A stretch of DNA of 64,000 bases from Diplonema japonicum (Eukaryota > Protista > Euglenozoa: Diplonemea). This document shows positions 58,247 through 64,000 of this stretch, in pieces; within the stretch, counting starts at the first letter, position 1, and the number at the start of each line of letters is the position of its first letter. Below the pieces are notes generated by a model. The model was not told the DNA's origin. It searched no databases and saw only the letters and a program-made list of their open reading frames with translations. The stretch spans positions 186,001 through 250,000 of the forward strand of contig OZ025650.1 in the NCBI GenBank assembly GCA_964019335.1, written 5' to 3'. The position numbers and the translations under genes were made by a program.

Positions 58247-61200
58247 TCACTGCAAGCACTTCACTACCTCTTTGATGCAGTGCATGGTTTGGGGGGGAAG
58301 TCTCTCACCTGACTTCGCAATGACTTCTTGAGAGGCAGCCTTCACCTCAGCAAGAGACGAGGGGGTGAGATGCTGCAAGTCGATTACAATGCGCTTTGGA
58401 GGAACGGACAACAGAGCTTGCGAAGCAAGATCCCGAATTGAAGCATCAGGATCTGAGGTAGTGAGAAGGGCGGTTTTGTACAATGTAGCTTTGTTGGGGA
58501 TGAGGTGGAGGGCCTTAGCCGCGCTGAGCTTGACTGAGTACGACGCAACACGGGGCTTCAAAAGGATCTCTTGTATAAGGCTGACACCCTTCTTGCCGCA
58601 TAGGCATAGAGTACAAGCAGCCACATCGCGCAGCCTACTGTCTTCATGATACACCATCTCGGACGCATGGTCATAGAGAACCCTGGGCTGGGCCCCCTCC
58701 GCTTGCTCCCTTACCGCAGGCGGCATTAATGGGGCATGGAACACCCTACACACAGTCCCCAAAGACAGCAAGGCCTGTTCTCGTAGTTCCGCGCTTTTAT
58801 CTCTCTGGCACCCCTCCACCAAGCACTGCACCACCGCTTCCATGGACGGAACATCATCAGCGACCCTCCCCAGGCCGTACAGGGCGGCCTTCCTGGTCAC
58901 GTCGTCCACAGCTGACATCTTCGAGATTCCTATCATCGCCTCGATGCCCTTCGGTATCCCAGCCATCGTGTGCGCTACTTGGTACCTGTTCGTCTTGCCG
59001 TCGCGCAGCACCGTCAGCAAGGTCTGCAATATCCCCTGCGGCACTTCTCCACAACGGAAGGCTATCACAGCGGCAAGACGCACCTTGGGGTGTGTGTCGG
59101 AGAGACGTGTTACTAGCAACCCATTGACATCCACAGTGGCGCTGCGCACAGAGGAGCGGTGGAGAACAGCGAGGAGCTGCACCATGCTGGCACGCAGGGA
59201 TGCATGGGGTGACTCCATGAGGGGTTTCAAGGTCTTAAAGTTGAGCTCGAGCTCTTCAGGCGGGAACCATCGAAGCACACTTAGCGCCTCACCCTTCACA
59301 ATGACGTCTTGCTGCGAAGACCGGTCGGACATTATTGTGCTTGATAAAGCAGACACAATCCTGCTGACAACACGGTGCGGTACCTCTGGGAGGGTCGTAC
59401 GTTTCTGTGTTGATTTAATACATTGCTGTCATCCATATACATACCGACGACAACGGCCGCACAGTCTCTTTCCACCTTTTCATAGAAAGGCTCATCACAC
59501 CCTGCCCACGTGTCACTGATGTAAACGACCCTAAAAACAACGTCACGTGGCGGTTTTCATCCGGTGTAAGCGCCGTCTAGAAGATAGGGTTTTTTCAAAT
59601 TAAAAAAAGGAAGCATACGTGATGTTTCGCAGCTTGAATAAAAAGTTCTCTTACGCTTTTCCTTGACGGCTGCAGGAAAGCCGGCCGAAGCTGCTGGCCA
59701 ACAGAGAGATCAAGAACACCTTTTGAAACCAACTCCCTTGGGTGTGTGTTTGTGATATCAATACAAAAGGAACATACCTACACTGGCGTATAAAGACACA
59801 TGCATCAACGATGATATGCGTCTCGATGTAAGGAGGGCAGTTGGGTGTTATTTGCGGTTGGAAGTAAAGGACAGCTGGGGGTTGTCCCACCGCGGTGTGG
59901 ATATTGAAATGCTCCAGGGAAGGGAGCTCTGCATGGACGACGGTGGTGCATCCCACAGAGAGCCTTTCGAAGGGGGGCAGCGGCTGATGTTCCTCAGGGA
60001 AGGCCTCGTCGAAGTCCCTTATGGAGCCATCAAGCAAAGGGGTATGCAGCCCCAGCCCCCACACCGCTGCTTGCCGAACCCTGTGCGACGGATGGCTAAG
60101 CAGGCCTTGAAGCAGAGCAACACCCTCCGTGCCTCCCATCATCCTGATCGCCACGCAGACTACCCTTCTGTCGAATCTGCCTGAAGTCAGAACATCACCT
60201 AGCTGTCCCAGAACCCGTGGGTTGTATGTGTAGAGACCTGTTAGAGCGTTGCAAGCGGCTTCTGCTCGTTCAGGGGTACCCTCGCGGAGATCCTTCAGGA
60301 TCAAAGGCAGCACCACGTTCATCGTGATCGCCGGTTGGTTGATGAGTAGAGTCAAGACCATGCTGTTCCACCCACTTACTGCGTGCTCTCGCATGAGATC
60401 TTCGTGAGGCTGAGGTGGCGGGCGGGATGCTTCTTCAAGGATCACTGAAAGGCCTTTTGGCCCAAATGCGAGCAACGTTGACACAACACCAGGGGTGAGT
60501 TCAATCAAGTCAGGGTTGCGCATCAAGGATGCAAGAATGTCAAAAACCTCGTCCATCTGCGGAAGGTGCGTGGCACCCGTCCCTAACAGTCTCAGGATCC
60601 TCAGCAGGAACAACAAAACATCGTAGCTTAACCCATCTGCTCTTCCTAGAAGGTCTAGAACCTTGCTACACAGCGTAGTAGCAATATTCCCAGGTAGTGA
60701 TGACAGTGGTAAGCAGCACAGGAAGGCAGCCGCTTCCTCAAGCTCCAAAGCAGGTGATATTTTCAACCAGTTTGAGTAATGAGCAACAATATCAGCGAGA
60801 TGCAAATGGGCGAGCTGTGCGACATTCTGTGGTGACACGCCGCCGTCTGTCAACGGCAGGCTTTTGCAGCAATCTGGGAGCGGCAGTTGTAGCTCCTCTA
60901 CACTCACGGTCGCCACCCTCGCCCCCGGATTCACAATGTCGTCGTCGACCTCCTCCCACGTCTCCCAACTCATTGCCTTTACCGCTGTCGGTCCCACTCG
61001 CGGCGTGCGGCTAACCGACCCCGACCTGCTCCTTCCTAACCTGTGCCTGTTCGGCGGCATTGTGACGGGTACCTTCTCCTTGTGAACAACAGGCTTCCTT
61101 ATCTTCCCCTGATCTATCTTTATTTTCACCGTAGACCCGAACGCATAGTCCCTATGGTGCAATTTCTCTTTTCTCGACGAACTGCTTCTCTGCTTCAAAG

Positions 61201-62656
61201 CCTCACGAGTGTACCTGTATTTATCTTGCTTCTCTTCCCTGCTATGGGAACGCTTGTTTTTCTTCGGAGATGTTCTGCCATAGCTGTCGCTAGTGAGGTG
61301 GAGGAATTCTGACGGTTTCTTCATCGTGTTGTCGACTTTGGCACCTACCTTCAGCGCTGAGGGGCTCCAAACAGAAGGGCTTTGCAGCCTTGACTGCCTT
61401 TCCCTGACAGGTGACTGACGAGGTGTTCTCGGGCGTGAACGTGGAGTGCCTTCAAGGTTTTCCGGTGGAGGTGAGCTGCAAAGGAGTTCCACCTGACGGG
61501 ACAACCTCTCAGTAATGATACTGTTCTGCTCTTGCATTCGCTTCAGCTCGCCCAGCACTAGCGGCGCATCGCTTTTCTTCTCTTTTTCTGCTTTCTCCTT
61601 CTTTGCTTGTAGCTGCTCTACCTGCTCTGACAGCTCCTTAATCTTCATCTGCTGCTGCTGGTGCAGCTCGAACGCTAGTTTCATCTCTTCCTTGTGCTGC
61701 TCGAGGTCTTCCCCATCCTCGGCATGTTCGTCGGCAGAAGTTGTCTTCGGGGTCTCCTGCAGCATCTGCTGCAGTGCCTGGATCTGTTCCTTGTTCCGTT
61801 GGCTCTCTTCTTCTTTTTTTTGAAGTAAACGTTTCTGCTCTTCGAGCTGCTGCTGCAATTCATCGGGGACAACGTTCCGAGGTGTTTCCTGCTGTGCCTG
61901 TGCCAGAGCCGGCTCATGTCGTAGTGGCGGCGGCGGCGTCGCACGTAACGGCTCCTGCACCAACTCTTGGGACGCAAGAGGCATAAAAGGCGACTTGCCG
62001 GTGCTATTGCTGTAGACGGAATGATACGGTTGTTCCAAGACTTGCACGACAGGCTGCGGTGTCCCGTGTGACCCATTGCTGTGATTCGAGGTGAATGACC
62101 TCTGTGCATCGAAGGACGTGTCGCCGCGTGTAGGCGAGATGGCACGGTGGTTGCGGATGGGAGGGGACGTGACCTTCATACCCGGAAGGCCACCACCAGG
62201 AGATGAGAGTGGAATGGCCGCAGGGGGCAGGGGTGTGCTACGTGCCTGCCTTGCTTTGGCCAGAGCCTCTGAAGCCCTGCGAAGTGCGGCGCTCGGAGAT
62301 TTAATAGGCTGCTCAACACTGGAGGGCACCGACTTCTGTCGCTGTGTAGGTGCACTGCCATAGAGGCTTCCCGTTGCTGTTGTCTGGGCCGAATGGACAT
62401 GTGTGCTGTTCTGTACAGTGCTCGTAGCATGCTGTTGATGCAATGGATGGTTTTGCTGTCGCTGCTCGTCCTGAGGCGGTGTCTGGATGACGTGAGGGTA
62501 CCTCCTCATATGTTCTTCATTTCTTTTGGCACGCTGCTGTTGTAGTTGCTCTTGTTGCTGCCTTAGTTTCTCTGCCTGTTCTGAAAGTGTATCTAAGTTC
62601 AGCCGTCTGAATACACTATTGGCAATATTCTCCAAGGAGTCTAACTGTGAGGCCAT
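58247..62656 (-). CDS. Large multi-exon protein: disordered/coiled-coil N-terminus and HEAT repeats
   Basis: LLSHPSHRVRQAAVWGLG, LSDTHPKVRLAA, DKSAELREQALLSLG, SDPDASIRDLA. Exon joins between ~59380 and ~59780 are not fully resolved. Confidence 0.7.
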
Positions 62657-62786
62657 GACCCCATAGACCCTCCTGTAAGAGTGCGTGACAAGGTACAGTG
62701 GCAATTTAAAAAAATAGTCAACAAGAAGGTGCCATTGAGCACCCTGAGCTAGGTACCGGGCGCGCCGTAAAAAAAAAAAGCAATGA

Positions 62787-64000
62787 TCACTGATCGTCTC
62801 TGTTAAGAGGAAGGCCACAGCGGGTGCACTTCGTGCTTGATGTTGGGTTCACACTTTCACACGTCTCGCAGACGATACCGTCCACTTTGTCCTTGATGGC
62901 AGCAGCATCGGCGTAGAACTCCCCTGTGGGTCATTGTGAGTGGTTCACAGTAGCATACCTTTGCTGCGCTGGTCCCTGTCGATGACTGAATTCCTCTTGT
63001 TGAAGCGTGGCCTGTGGGAAATTGCGTCGAGACGCACCGTGACGTCTAGCTGGCGAAGAAACCTGTTCAACCCGCTTGACACAGGCTCTGGGCGGGAAGC
63101 ACTGCAAGCCACACCAGGCGTGCCTTCGAACACCACTACCCTATCCGCCATGAAGGATGTCATCATCAAGTCGTGCTCCACTACAACAACGATCTTCTTC
63201 ATGCGCACGGCAATTCTTCTTATGGCCTTCGCAGCCACCATTCTCTGCTCTGCGTCAAGAAACGCACTGGGCTCGTCAATCAGCAGCAGCGTAGCAGGAT
63301 TCCCCAGTGCCAAGGCAAGCGATACTCTCTGCATCTCCCCGCCTGACAGCTTGTCCGCGTCCAATATCATCAGGTCGTCGATCTTCAAGGGCAGCAGCAC
63401 CTCGTCACGCAAGATCGCACTCTTCCTCGCACTCTCAGGAAGCCCATCTTGAAGCACTTCCTTCACTGTTTTACCCGAAGGCATCCTAATAACCTGCGGC
63501 TTAAGGTGGCCGTGTTCTTTCAAAAACACATCGCCGCTGTCGGTATTTAAACTTCCAGACATGATCTCGAGTAAAGTGGTCTTTCCGCACCCGTTCTCGC
63601 CAAGCAAGGCAGTCACTTCGCAGGAGTTCAGTGTGCCATTTGTTACATCAAGCTTGAAGTCACCTCTGCACTTTGTCGATGAGGGGTAGGACCACTTGTC
63701 TTCGCCACCGAAGTCGTTCTCTTCGTGCATCTTGAAGACTAAGGGGTGTGAACGGAATCTCACGTTCTCCTGGTCGATGTACCCTTCAAGGAAGGCGTTG
63801 ATGCCGTCACGGACGTTCATTACTTTCGTCACGATACCGAAGGCACTAGGCTTTCCGTGGATCAGGGCGATGGTGTCCGCTAAGTAGTCACACACAGCAA
63901 GGTCGTGTTCCACGCACACGACGTACTTCATTCCTTGGAGCAAGTCCCTGATTACCTCGCACGCCCGCAGCCTCTGCTTCACATCAAGGTACGACGATGG
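62787..64000 (-). CDS. ABCE1/RLI-like ATPase (5'-partial), divergent, with a C-terminal zinc ribbon
   Basis: PSSYLDVKQRL, VEHDL, GENGCGKTT, LSGGEMQRV, DEPSAFLD, RPRFNK..DRDQR. Spliced last exon GEFYADAAAIKDKVDGIVCETCESVNPTSSTKCTRCGLPLNRDDQ*. Confidence 0.88.

Overview
Gene-dense eukaryotic (protist) genomic DNA. About 30 host protein-coding genes all lie on the minus strand, separated by long poly(A)/poly(T) tracts. Many carry very short (about 34-60 nt), often A-rich GT-AG introns. This organisation suggests a co-oriented, possibly polycistronic and trans-spliced cluster of a euglenozoan (diplomenid/diplonemid-like) genome; the lineage is an inference. Recognisable genes include a sphingosine-kinase-like protein, a Tim17-family protein, ATG5 plus a divergent tandem ATG5 paralog, DZIP1-like, a PAM2/CCCH/RRM protein, SERCA, WASHC3, TOPBP1-like, 2-AEP transaminase, two identical major vault protein genes, an F-box membrane protein, an ankyrin-CaaX protein, an SGNH hydrolase, OST5, GtaA-like, TFIIH p52, VDAC-like, AHA1, a HEAT protein and a divergent ABCE1. 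Three DNA transposons have identifiable ends: a TTA-flanked TIR element carrying tRNA-like Pol III cassettes at both ends (13268-15403), a defective piggyBac (29159-30733) and a pogo-like element between the vault genes (35452-37722). The most novel-looking signals are the Pol III-boxed TIR element, a recurrent structured intergenic RNA motif (4460 and 58119), a conserved 45-nt block downstream of both vault genes, and unusual domain architectures (ABCE1 plus Zn ribbon; pseudo-PNK plus SWIM plus HMG; a stand-alone dynein fragment). All calls come from motif recognition by eye; no database searches were run.
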